NCBI GenBank assembly: GCA_965219955.1
Contig: OZ244799.1
Span: 576,001-640,000, forward strand
Reading direction: 5' to 3'
DNA: 64,000 bases
Source of the DNA: a bacterium
GTDB taxonomy: Bacteria > UBA8248
The notes under the pieces were generated by a model. That model was not told where the DNA came from. It searched no databases and saw nothing but the letters and a program-made list of their open reading frames with translations. Both the position numbers and the translations under genes were made by a program. Shown here in pieces: positions 50,938 through 59,869 of the stretch (position 1 is its first letter; each line of letters starts with the position of its first letter).

Positions 50938-51366
50938 CTACCGGCCTTGTTGCTTCAAAAACGCCTCTTTCGCCTTGGGGTCGAAGCGGCAATTGCACAT
51001 CTTGCGGATCAGGGCCACCAAATCACGAATCTCCCGTTTTGTAAACACGTTGCCCCAGGGCGGCATGATGGGGGAGAGGTCGCTCGCCCCGCCTCCGTGG
51101 GTGATGGTGCGCACCATGTCTTCATCCGAGAACTGGGCCATGTCCTTGCCGTCGGTGAGATTGCGGGGGTTCACGGGCAGCTTCCTGGTGTTGTTCACGC
51201 CCTTGCCGTCTCCCTTGGGGCCGTGGCACTGGATGCAGTACCAGCGGAAATTCTCCGCAGCGCTCACGCGGCTTGCGGGTTCTTCCGCGCCTGCAGGAAG
51301 CGGGGCGCCCGCCGTCGCCACGACGAGGGCGAGAATCAGCCTTCTCCCGGGGAGGTGAAACTTCAT
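50938..51366 (-). CDS. Monoheme c-type cytochrome
   Basis: Signal peptide, CIQCHG, PRNLTD, MPPW axial Met. Confidence 0.88.
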   Translation of the reverse strand: MKFHLPGRRLILALVVATAGAPLPAGAEEPASRVSAAENFRWYCIQCHGPKGDGKGVNNTRKLPVNPRNLTDGKDMAQFSDEDMVRTITHGGGASDLSPIMPPWGNVFTKREIRDLVALIRKMCNCRFDPKAKEAFLKQQGR

Positions 51367-52088
51367 TTGAAGCTCGCGATGTAGGCGGCGAGGGCGATGA
51401 AGTCTTTTTCGCTCAGCTTCGTGAACGGCTTATCCCCGTACACCGGCATTCTGCCGTTGGGGTTGTAGCGTTCCGGTTTTTTGAGGAAGGCCACGATGAA
51501 ATCGGGGTTCAACCTGCGCCCCGCATCTTTGAAATGGGGCGCACTGTGCCCGCCCACCTCGATTCGCGTCCGGTACACCGTCTTTCGAATCGAGACCATG
51601 TGGCAGGAATAGCAGGGCTGTTTTTTCTGAAACAGTATCCGCGCCCGCCTGAGCACTTTCCGGGGGACTTTCTTCCAGCGCGGAATGACGCCGGCTGGCA
51701 TTTCGGGGTCCTTCAGGCTTTCCAGATATGCCGCCACCTTCGCCGCCTCCTCCTCGGGAAGGGCGGGGTGCGGGTATTTCCCACGCTTCATGGTGCCGTA
51801 GACAACGCCGCGAAAAGGTTCGGGTTTCGCGAGCCATTTCGCCAGAAAGCCGGGCAGAAACTTGCTTCCCGCATACCAGAGCGTGGGGCCTTTGATTCCG
51901 TGGCGCGCGGGCGGGGGTATCCTGGTTTCAGGGCCTTTCAGGGTGTGGCAGCTTCCGCAGTTGTTTCGCTCGAAAAGGGATTTGCCCTCGTCAACCTCCG
52001 CCCCGTAGGATTGGGCGCACGTGAGCAGGAGAGATAAAACGCCCGCAAACGCGAGGGGAAATGTCTTTTTCATGCGCTTCATCCGCAT
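51363..52088 (-). CDS. Diheme c-type cytochrome
   Basis: Signal peptide, CGSCH and CYSCH heme motifs. Confidence 0.85.
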   Translation of the reverse strand: MRMKRMKKTFPLAFAGVLSLLLTCAQSYGAEVDEGKSLFERNNCGSCHTLKGPETRIPPPARHGIKGPTLWYAGSKFLPGFLAKWLAKPEPFRGVVYGTMKRGKYPHPALPEEEAAKVAAYLESLKDPEMPAGVIPRWKKVPRKVLRRARILFQKKQPCYSCHMVSIRKTVYRTRIEVGGHSAPHFKDAGRRLNPDFIVAFLKKPERYNPNGRMPVYGDKPFTKLSEKDFIALAAYIASFK

Positions 52089-52148
52089 GGTCCTCGATCG
52101 GTTCGAATCGCCTCGGGTGGCAGCGATGTGGAGTTTGCCGAAAAAGCC

Positions 52149-53204
52149 TCACTTCGGCAACTCGGGGGTTTTGACTTCCGGCAGATCGCCCGTGAGCGCG
52201 CCCATGAAGGCGATCAGGTCTTCTTTTTCTGCTTTCGTGAGCTTGAGGGGCTTCATGTCCGGGTCGAGGTTCGGGTTCTGCTCTCCCCCCTTGTCATAGA
52301 AATCGACCACTTCCGCAAGCGTGTTGAAGCGGCCGTCGTGCATGTAGGGCGCCGTGCGGGTGATGTGGCGAAGCGTGGGCGTCTTGAATTTCCCCCGGTC
52401 CTTTGACTTTTTGGTGATTTCCTCCCGTCCGAGCGCCAGAGGCTTCTTGTCCATCCCTATCCCTAAGTTGTGGAACTTGTCGTCCGTGAAGGGCGCGCTG
52501 AACTCATCCACAAGATGGCATTTCACGCAATTTCCCTTGTTTTTGAAGACCTCGAACCCCCGGATCGCCCGCGGCGACAGCGCGGACGCATCCCCTCCGT
52601 ATTTCCAGCGGTCGAAGGGAGAATTCCCCGAGAGCAGGGTGCGCTCGAAGGTGGCGATGGCCTGAACGACTCGTTCCAGGCTGACGCCGGGGCTCCCGAA
52701 CGCCTCTTTGAATCGCTCCCGGTATCCCGGGATAGCGCCGAGTGTGCGGATGATTCTCTCTTCGCTCGAGGCCATCTCGCCCGGGTGGAGAATCGGGCCC
52801 CTGGCCTGCTCCTCGAGGCTCGCGGCGCGCCCGTCCCAGAACTGGGACTCGTTGTAGGCGGCGTTGATGACGGTGGGCACGTTCCTGAGCGTGAGCCGGC
52901 CGCCAAAGCCGATTCCGTACTGGCGCGCGTTCGAGAATCCGCGCCGGGGCATGTGGCACGTCGCGCAGGAGACCTTCCCGTCGCCGGAGAAGCGTTTTTC
53001 GAAATAAAGCAGCCTTCCGAGTTCGATCTTGGGCCGCGTCATGGGGTTGTCATCGGGCACGGGGACGTCGTCGAGGCCGAGCGGCGGCTCGGGGGGGAGT
53101 TCTTCCAGCGCAGGCGCGTTTTGCGCATGCGAGATCGGCGCGGGCGTCCATCCGATCGCCGGAATCAGGATGCAGAGCGCTGCGAGTCGCACGAGATGGA
53201 ACAC
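52149..53204 (-). CDS. Diheme cytochrome c peroxidase/MauG superfamily protein
   Basis: CATCH, QFWDGRA..LEEQ, CVKCH, FKTPTLR, TAPYMHDG. Confidence 0.92.
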   Translation of the reverse strand: MFHLVRLAALCILIPAIGWTPAPISHAQNAPALEELPPEPPLGLDDVPVPDDNPMTRPKIELGRLLYFEKRFSGDGKVSCATCHMPRRGFSNARQYGIGFGGRLTLRNVPTVINAAYNESQFWDGRAASLEEQARGPILHPGEMASSEERIIRTLGAIPGYRERFKEAFGSPGVSLERVVQAIATFERTLLSGNSPFDRWKYGGDASALSPRAIRGFEVFKNKGNCVKCHLVDEFSAPFTDDKFHNLGIGMDKKPLALGREEITKKSKDRGKFKTPTLRHITRTAPYMHDGRFNTLAEVVDFYDKGGEQNPNLDPDMKPLKLTKAEKEDLIAFMGALTGDLPEVKTPELPK

Positions 53205-53259
53205 GGTCTACCTCTTCGAACCGGGCGGCCCGGCAGGGCGGATCAAAGATTCTCCGGCG

Positions 53260-53652
53260 TCACGTTCTTCTCAGCAACTCGATGCTGACGCCATCGGGCG
53301 CCTCGATGAAGGCGATGCGCGTCTTGGGGTTGAATTGTACCGGTTCGACGGTGAATTTCACGCCCTTTTTCTTGAGGTCGGCGCAGTAGGCGTCGAAATC
53401 CCCTGAAACCTCGAAGGCGAAGTGATCCGTCCCCCATTCGAGGCCGCCCTTATCGCCCGCGCTCTCGCCCGTTCTCTCCCCGCGGACGATGACCGTGGCG
53501 CCGTTGAATTTTACGGGAATCTGCGGCGCGCCCTTGAACACGCCGCCCTCTCCGCGCTCGCCGCCCAGGTTCTCGACGAACCAGTTCACGCTCGCCTCGG
53601 GGTCTTTGCTGATGACGTGCACGTGGTCGAACGCGATGCTTGCTGAACTCAT
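53260..53652 (-). CDS. VOC/glyoxalase family protein
   Basis: FDHVH, DHFAF, F...PDG..IEL. Confidence 0.85.
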   Translation of the reverse strand: MSSASIAFDHVHVISKDPEASVNWFVENLGGERGEGGVFKGAPQIPVKFNGATVIVRGERTGESAGDKGGLEWGTDHFAFEVSGDFDAYCADLKKKGVKFTVEPVQFNPKTRIAFIEAPDGVSIELLRRT

Positions 53653-53699
53653 TGTCTGGCTCCTGTCTTTTGTAACCGTTTCACGTCTCGTTTTATCGT

Positions 53700-54350
53700 T
53701 TAACTATCCCAGGTGACGTCCCCGAACTCATCCGGCGCAGGTCTTCCCGCGGCGCGGAATCCGGCGACTTCCGCCTTGCTCTGCGCGACGGTGCTGTTCG
53801 CCCCGTGGCCGGGGTAGAGCACCGTGTCGTCCGGCAGGGCGAACACCTTGTTCTCGATGGAATCGAGCGACTGAAGCAGTTGTTCGTGGTTCCAGGTCTT
53901 GCCCGGGCCGCCGGGGAAAATCGTGTCCCCGCAGACGCAGTGGCCCGGGAAGTAGAACATCAGCATGCCCTTGCAGTGTCCGGGCGTGTGGATGGCCTTG
54001 AGGGTGATCTCGCCGAAAGTGATCTCCTCGCCGTCCGCGATGGTGAAATCCGGGCTGATGCCGAACTCCTTCGCGTCCTCGGCGTGCTGGCCCAGGGGCG
54101 CGCCCGTGCGGGAGCGCACCTCATCGAGCGCGTCGATGTGGTCGCCGTGGCAATGGGTCTGTAGAATGTATTTGGGCGTGGCGCCTTCGCACGCGGCGAG
54201 GATCGGCTCGGCGGAATGAGAGGTGTCGATGATGACGCACTCCTTCGTCGCCTTGCACGTCAGCACGTACACGTTGTTGCTGTAGGGGCCGATGTTGAGT
54301 TTTTGAAAATCGAGTGCGGGAAGGTCCACTCTCTGGTCGAATTCACCCAT
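53700..54350 (-). CDS. Metallo-beta-lactamase-fold hydrolase (glyoxalase II-like)
   Basis: THCHGDH, TPGH, GDTIF, PGHG. Confidence 0.9.
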   Translation of the reverse strand: MGEFDQRVDLPALDFQKLNIGPYSNNVYVLTCKATKECVIIDTSHSAEPILAACEGATPKYILQTHCHGDHIDALDEVRSRTGAPLGQHAEDAKEFGISPDFTIADGEEITFGEITLKAIHTPGHCKGMLMFYFPGHCVCGDTIFPGGPGKTWNHEQLLQSLDSIENKVFALPDDTVLYPGHGANSTVAQSKAEVAGFRAAGRPAPDEFGDVTWDS

Positions 54351-54458
54351 GGTGTTTTCTCTCCTTTGTCTGATGAATGCCGGCGTTCATGAAGACGAAG
54401 TGACAGGAAACTTTACTGCCTTAACCGGGCAGACCACAACCTTGAGTTGAGAATTTTC

Positions 54459-55133
54459 ATGGACGAACCCTTCGTATACGCGAACCTGGCGGTGACGCTC
54501 GACGGGAAAATCGCAAGTTTCGACCGCGAGGATTTCTCGCTTGGTTCGAAAGCGGACCGCCTCGAGATGGATCGCCTGAGAGCCCGTGCGGACGCCGTGA
54601 TATGGGGCGGCGAAACACTGAGGACGGCGCGCCACCCCGCGCGGGTGCGCGAGGAATCCCTCGTTCGCGAGCGCATGGAACGCGGCCTCCCGCCGCATCC
54701 GGCGAACGCGCTGATCACGAAAAGCGGCGTTTTCCCCAATCAACTGCCGTGGTTCGAAGCTGATGCGATCGAGCGCTTGATATTCACCGGGCCGGAGGGG
54801 GCGCGCCGCCTTGAGGACACCCAAACCGGGGACGCGCGAGTCGTCGTTCTGGATGAGGCGGAACCACTCGCGCCACAGGTGCTGGCCCATCTGGGGGAGT
54901 GCGGGATGAAGAACGTGCTGCTCGAAGGCGGGGGTTCGCTGGTATGGGAGTTTGCCCGTCATATCGACGAGTTCCACGTGACGCTCACCCCCTGGCTGGC
55001 CGGCGGCGCATCGGCTCCGACGCTCATGGACGGGCCGGGGTTCCCCTCGGGCGGGTTCCTGGGGCTGACGCTTGAGGAAGTCCGGCAAGAGGGGGATGAG
55101 ATTTTCCTGCGCTACACGGCGAAGTGCGAGTGA
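54459..55133 (+). CDS. RibD C-terminal reductase-like protein
   Basis: A.TLDGKIA, LRARADAV..GG.T, LLEGGG.L, IDE. Confidence 0.85.
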   Translation: MDEPFVYANLAVTLDGKIASFDREDFSLGSKADRLEMDRLRARADAVIWGGETLRTARHPARVREESLVRERMERGLPPHPANALITKSGVFPNQLPWFEADAIERLIFTGPEGARRLEDTQTGDARVVVLDEAEPLAPQVLAHLGECGMKNVLLEGGGSLVWEFARHIDEFHVTLTPWLAGGASAPTLMDGPGFPSGGFLGLTLEEVRQEGDEIFLRYTAKCE

Positions 55134-55212
55134 GGCATCGCGCACCTGGGGCTGTTGAAAAAGTTCCCTTCCCAGGAGGTGGAGGGGACGTTCCTCTCGA
55201 CTGGAAAAGCAA

Positions 55213-55360
55213 CCCCCCCTACCCCCCCTTGTCAGGGGGGTATGAAAGAGCAAAACCCTCCACCACAGCGGCGGGGGGGACGGGGCTTTTTTTTACCCCC
55301 CTGACAAGGGGGGGGGTAGGGGGGGGTGCCTTTACCCCTGATAAGGGGGGTAGGGGGGGT
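55213..55360. repeat. C/G-tract palindromic repeat (CCCCCTACCCCCCCTTGTCAGGGGGG type)
   Basis: Arm 55213-55240, inverted arms at about 55296-55327 and 55335-55360; a disrupted copy lies at 43350-43656. Confidence 0.75.
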
Positions 55361-55400
55361 GCTCCTTTGAAAAAGTTCTCCTCGGTCGAAAATGACCACC

Positions 55401-55619
55401 GCCGTCATTCCGGCGAAAGCCGGAATCCATTTTGACTTTTCACCGGGCGGTGCGGCCACGACCTTCTTGTTAAGCAGCGTCCAGATGCGGAATTCAGAGA
55501 ACTCGCTTTTCGTTTTTGTTTTCGATTCCGATCCTCCCCGTCCCGGAGGAAAAACGTCCGAACGAGAAAGCGAAAAGGCAAAGGCGAAAATGGATTCCGG
55601 CTTTCGCCGGAATGACGGC
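55401..55619. repeat. CGTC-type REP/dRS3-like inverted pair
   Basis: GCCGTCATTCCGGCGAAAGCCGGAATCCATTTT (55401-55433) and its reverse complement (55587-55619). Confidence 0.85.
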
Positions 55620-55801
55620 CAAAACCCGAAACCGGGCGGAGGCGCAGGCGTCACTCCCTCCTCGATGGACTTTTCCACCAACCCACCACCGCGCCGATTG
55701 AACCGCCACCGCCCCGTGTGATACTCATGGAGGTCTGAAAATCATTCTTTCGTGATATTCCAACGGTTGCATTCTGATGATGTCGCCGGGAGGGGGAGGC
55801 C

Positions 55802-56791
55802 GTGGCCACCAGGGCGAAGCGAAGATCGGCAAAACCGAAGAGGTTGACGAAAAAGGACCTGAACGCGATGTACCGCAACATGCTGCGCATCCGCCGCTTC
55901 GAGGAGAAGACGGACGAGTTCTTCATGGCGGGACGGGTGAAGGGCGCGGTCCACGTGAGCATCGGGCAGGAGGCGTGCTCGGTCGGCGTCTGCACCGCGC
56001 TGAACGACGAGGACGCCATCCTCACCACCCACCGGGGCCACGGGCACTCCATCGCCAAGGGCACCCGGATGCCCGAGATGATGGCCGAGCTTTTGGGCAA
56101 GTCCACCGGGCTATGCAAGGCGCGGGGCGGCTCCATGCACATCGCCGATATTTCCAAGGGCCACTACGGCGCGCACTCCATCGTGGGGGCGAACATGCCG
56201 ATGGCGACGGGGATGGGCCTCGCCTACCAGCTCGAAGGCGCGGGCCGCGTGGCGGTGGTCTTCTTCGGGGACGGCGCCTCGAACCAGGGCAGCTTCCACG
56301 AGTCGATGAACCTGTGCGCCATCTGGAAGCTGCCGGTCATCTTCTTCTGCGAGAACAACCACTACGCGGTGAGCTACCACGTGGAGCGCTCCACCGCCGT
56401 CAAGGACATCAGCGTGCGCGCGCAGGGCTACGACTCGCCGGGCGTGACGGTGGACGGCATGGACGTGGTGGCCGTCTACGAGGCGACGGCGGAGGCCGTG
56501 CGCCGCGCGCGCGAGGGCGGCGGCCCCAGCCTCATCGAGGCGAAGACCTACCGCTTCTTCGGCCACTCGCGCGGCGACCCCCAGTTCGGCCCCTACCGCA
56601 CGAAAGAAGAGGTGGACGAGTGGAGAAAGCGCGATCCGCTCACGATCGCGGCCGACATGCTGAAACTCACCGAAGCGCAGAAAAAGGCGCACCTGAAAGC
56701 CGTGGACAAGGAGTTGAACGGGGCCATCGACTTTGCGGAGGGCAGCCCCGAGGCCACGCTCGAATCGGCACTCGAGGACGTATACGCCTAG
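55802..56791 (+). CDS. TPP-dependent dehydrogenase E1 alpha subunit (acetoin/pyruvate dehydrogenase family)
   Basis: GQEA, HRGHGH, GGSMH, FFGDGA.NQG.FHE..N, CENN, TYR..GHS..D. Confidence 0.92.
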   Translation: MATRAKRRSAKPKRLTKKDLNAMYRNMLRIRRFEEKTDEFFMAGRVKGAVHVSIGQEACSVGVCTALNDEDAILTTHRGHGHSIAKGTRMPEMMAELLGKSTGLCKARGGSMHIADISKGHYGAHSIVGANMPMATGMGLAYQLEGAGRVAVVFFGDGASNQGSFHESMNLCAIWKLPVIFFCENNHYAVSYHVERSTAVKDISVRAQGYDSPGVTVDGMDVVAVYEATAEAVRRAREGGGPSLIEAKTYRFFGHSRGDPQFGPYRTKEEVDEWRKRDPLTIAADMLKLTEAQKKAHLKAVDKELNGAIDFAEGSPEATLESALEDVYA

Positions 56792-56822
56792 AAGAGGGGA
56801 TGGTGGAATCACTGACCCCTGG

Positions 56823-57006
56823 GGGGGTGTTGAAAAAGCCTGTTTCGGGATCAGCGGCATGGAGGTTCATGCGGCGCAGACGCGATGGTTTTGTAGGGAC
56901 AGGCCTCCGTGCCTGTCCTGACGAAGGACAACCACGAAGAGCAGGACAGGCACGGAGGCCTGTCCCTACGGTGAACAATTCGATGATCGGGATGTCCTCT
57001 TCTCAA
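56823..57006. repeat. Second copy of the REP-carrying element of 43376-43566, flanks inverted
   Basis: TIR GGGGGTGTTGAAAA; flanks are near reverse complements of 43497-43566 and 43405-43419; REP core at 56893-56969. Confidence 0.8.
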
Positions 57007-57322
57007 AGGGATGTTGAAAAAGCCCCGTGGAGCGATTTTGGTTGAACGCACGTTTTTGAAGTTCACTCCCCCCTTGAGGGGGAGTCGATGAAGCCGAGCG
57101 GTTTTTGCGAAGGCTGAATCGGTGGGGGGTAAAATGCGTTTTATTGCCAGTTCAAATTATACCCCCCACCGAATCGCTTTCGGGCTTACGCCCTCAGCTC
57201 TTCGACTCCCCCTCAAGGGGGGAGTGGTTGGTTGGCGCTCTGCAAGGGAGGAGTATAGTTTCATTCTTTTATGGTTAGCTCCATACGTGGAATCACGAAA
57301 TCATGGCTTTTTCAGCAACCCC
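57007..57322. mobile_element. MITE-like element with CTCAA target duplication and an internal palindrome
   Basis: CTCAA|AGGGATGTTGAAAA ... TTTTCAGCAACCCC|CTCAA; internal arms 57064-57088 and 57202-57226. Confidence 0.6.
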
Positions 57323-57364
57323 CTCAAGGGGGAATGAGGAAAACCCAAGCAGGAGAGAAATGAG

Positions 57365-58345
57365 ATGCGAGAGATCACTTTTGTGGATGCGTTGACCGAA
57401 GCCCATCACGAGGAGATGGAGCGCGATGAGCGCGTGATCGTCATGGGCGAGGACGTGGAGCTTGCCTACGTCTTCGGCGTGACGAAGGGCCTCGCGGATA
57501 AATTCGGGCGCGACCGCGTGCGCGACACGCCCATCAGCGAACTCGGCATCGTGGGCGCGGGCGTGGGCGCCGCCATGGCGGGCTATAGGCCCATCGTCGA
57601 GATCATGTTCATGGACTTCATCATGCTGGCGATGGACCCGCTCATCAACCAGGCGGCCAAGCTGCGCTACATGCTGGGCGGGCAGTTGAGCGTGCCGCTC
57701 GTCGTGCGCACCCCCGGCGGCGGCGGCGTTCAGTACGGCCCCACGCACAGCCAGTGCCTCGAAGCCTGGTTCATGCAGATCCCGGGCATCAAGGTGGCCG
57801 CGCCGAGCGACCCCGCCGACGCCAAGGGCCTGATGTGCGCGGCGATTCGCGACGACAACCCCGTGCTCATGGTGGAGCACAAGATGCTCTACAAGATGAA
57901 GGGGCCCGTGCCCGAGGGCGAGCACGTCACCCCCTTCGGCCAGGCGGCCGTGAAGCGTGAAGGCTCGGATATCACTCTCATCGGCGTGGGCTATCAGGTG
58001 CACAATTGCCTGGCGGCGGCGGATGAACTCGCCGGGGAGGGCATCAGCGCCGAAGTGGTCGACCCCAGGACCCTGGCCCCGCTCGACACCGCGACGCTCG
58101 CCGAATCCGTCCGCAAGACGAACCGCTGCATCATCGTCGAGGAAGGGCATCTCAGAAGCGGCGTGGGTTCCGAAATATCCGCCGCCGTTCAGGAAGAGGC
58201 CTTCGACTACCTCGACGCCCCCATCGGCCGCGTGGCCGCCCTCGACGCGCCCATCCCCTTCGAGCCCCGCCTCGAGGATTTCGTGCTCCCCAACACCGCC
58301 AACGTCGTCGACGCCGCGAAAAAGGCGCTGGGGGTGAGTGTGTAG
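57365..58345 (+). CDS. TPP-dependent dehydrogenase E1 beta subunit
   Basis: MGEDV, RVRDTPISE, EIMFMDF, HSQ.LE, DAKGL, EH..LY, FDYLDAP. Confidence 0.93.
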   Translation: MREITFVDALTEAHHEEMERDERVIVMGEDVELAYVFGVTKGLADKFGRDRVRDTPISELGIVGAGVGAAMAGYRPIVEIMFMDFIMLAMDPLINQAAKLRYMLGGQLSVPLVVRTPGGGGVQYGPTHSQCLEAWFMQIPGIKVAAPSDPADAKGLMCAAIRDDNPVLMVEHKMLYKMKGPVPEGEHVTPFGQAAVKREGSDITLIGVGYQVHNCLAAADELAGEGISAEVVDPRTLAPLDTATLAESVRKTNRCIIVEEGHLRSGVGSEISAAVQEEAFDYLDAPIGRVAALDAPIPFEPRLEDFVLPNTANVVDAAKKALGVSV

Positions 58346-58480
58346 GGTGATTCCGATTGATGAAGGAGAAATTGACGCGAGTGCGGAGCGAGTGTTTGCC
58401 GACCGATTCGAGAGGGTCTGGGGAACGTCGAATGTTCAGCTCACGAAGTCATGCCGCTTGAAGGTTGGTGAAAATAATAA

Positions 58481-58981
58481 ATGTTGACGAACGACGAGAT
58501 TCAAGGACTGATAACATCTCCAAAGAAGATTACGGATAAATCTCCCGCAAAATTCTACAGAGAGGTTGATGGCTCCCGACGTGGTTCTTTGACTTTGGAG
58601 AGCGTTAGCTCAGAAATAGAGCGGTTCTCCGTTTTTATCCGGCAAAACATCCGATTCATCGAGAACTATTCCATCGGCTTGCGTTATCAAATCAAAAACA
58701 AGGACTTGGGGTCCGTAACACTTATTCGCTACAATGGGCCGCATGGCGAGAGCAGCCGCGACGAAGACGGTCATTTTGGCAAACCGCATATCCACCGTAT
58801 AACGGCTGAAGAATTACAATCCGGCAGTCTTCAGCCACAGGAGAGTCATAGAGAAATTACGGATAGGTACAGCACGTTTGAAAATGCTCTTGTCGTTTTC
58901 TTCAAGGATGCGGGTATAACGAATTGGAAGGATTACTTTCCCGAGTTGAGCCAAGGGACTCTTTTCGATGGACATCGATAA
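58481..58981 (+). CDS. Hypothetical protein (His-motif protein of the type seen upstream of DUF1828 genes)
   Basis: Low-GC 166-aa ORF with LIRYNGPHG...PHIH; overlaps the next gene by 14 nt. Confidence 0.65.
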   Translation: MLTNDEIQGLITSPKKITDKSPAKFYREVDGSRRGSLTLESVSSEIERFSVFIRQNIRFIENYSIGLRYQIKNKDLGSVTLIRYNGPHGESSRDEDGHFGKPHIHRITAEELQSGSLQPQESHREITDRYSTFENALVVFFKDAGITNWKDYFPELSQGTLFDGHR

Positions 58982-59735
58982 GGCAATCAGCCTACTCAAT
59001 GATAATGCCAAAACCGGTTTTGGTGTATATCAACGAAGGCAAGATAAATATCAACTCATCGTCCCCATACTCCATGAGGACGGCGATATGGTGGACGTGT
59101 ATTTGCAAGACAGCCCCAAAAGCGAAAACCATGTGCGCATCTGTGATTTCGGCATGGCGGTCATGCGACTTTCCTACACGTATGAAATCAACAGCCCGTC
59201 TCGACAGAAGATTTTCGACAGCATTTTGATCAACAACGGGGTTCAAAGCGAGGAAGGAAATCTTTATCTGGATACCACTCCCGAAATGCTTTACGAAAAC
59301 ATGCTGCAATTTGCGGGCTGTGTTCAGAAAGTATGCAACATGCGCTATTGGAGCAGGGAGATCGTCCGAAGCGCGTTTTACGACGATTTGAGAGATTACG
59401 CCACGACGGAATTGGCGCGGTTTCATCCGATGCCCGATGCGTGCCCGCTTCCGAATTACGAAATCATAAGTGTGGATTGGTCTCTCACGTACAAAGAACG
59501 TAGCCTTTATCTTTTTGGTATAGGGAGCAACGACAAGGCGAAAAATGTCGCCATTTCACTGCTGGAGTTTCAAAAAGCGAACTTGCCGTTTATCAGCCTG
59601 ATTGTCCATGAAGACATGGAGGAACTTGGAAGAAGGGAAAGGTTGTATCTAACTAAAAACGCGGATACACAATACCCGACACTAGGGGATTTTCAAGATA
59701 GAGCACTCTCGGATATTGAACGACTCGTGGCTTGA
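58968..59735 (+). CDS. DUF1828-like protein
   Basis: P...DGD...Y...I.D.G...L N-terminal pattern; low GC; family recognised by eye. Confidence 0.6.
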   Translation: MDIDKAISLLNDNAKTGFGVYQRRQDKYQLIVPILHEDGDMVDVYLQDSPKSENHVRICDFGMAVMRLSYTYEINSPSRQKIFDSILINNGVQSEEGNLYLDTTPEMLYENMLQFAGCVQKVCNMRYWSREIVRSAFYDDLRDYATTELARFHPMPDACPLPNYEIISVDWSLTYKERSLYLFGIGSNDKAKNVAISLLEFQKANLPFISLIVHEDMEELGRRERLYLTKNADTQYPTLGDFQDRALSDIERLVA

Positions 59736-59869
59736 AGCGAGAGGTTAGAGCGGATTCAAGAATCACAGCCGGTCGGGTCTGCAGACTGTGTTAGCTGATG
59801 CCCCTTGAGTGATAACTGATGGGGTCATTGAATTCATTGCAAGGTGAGTGAAGTTTGGAGCCTGACAAC

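Larger units (their letters stand above)
55148..55684. mobile_element. Composite MITE-like element containing two palindrome families
   Basis: Left end GGGGCTGTTGAAAA, degenerate right end TTTTCCACCAACCC; no clean TSD. Confidence 0.5.
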
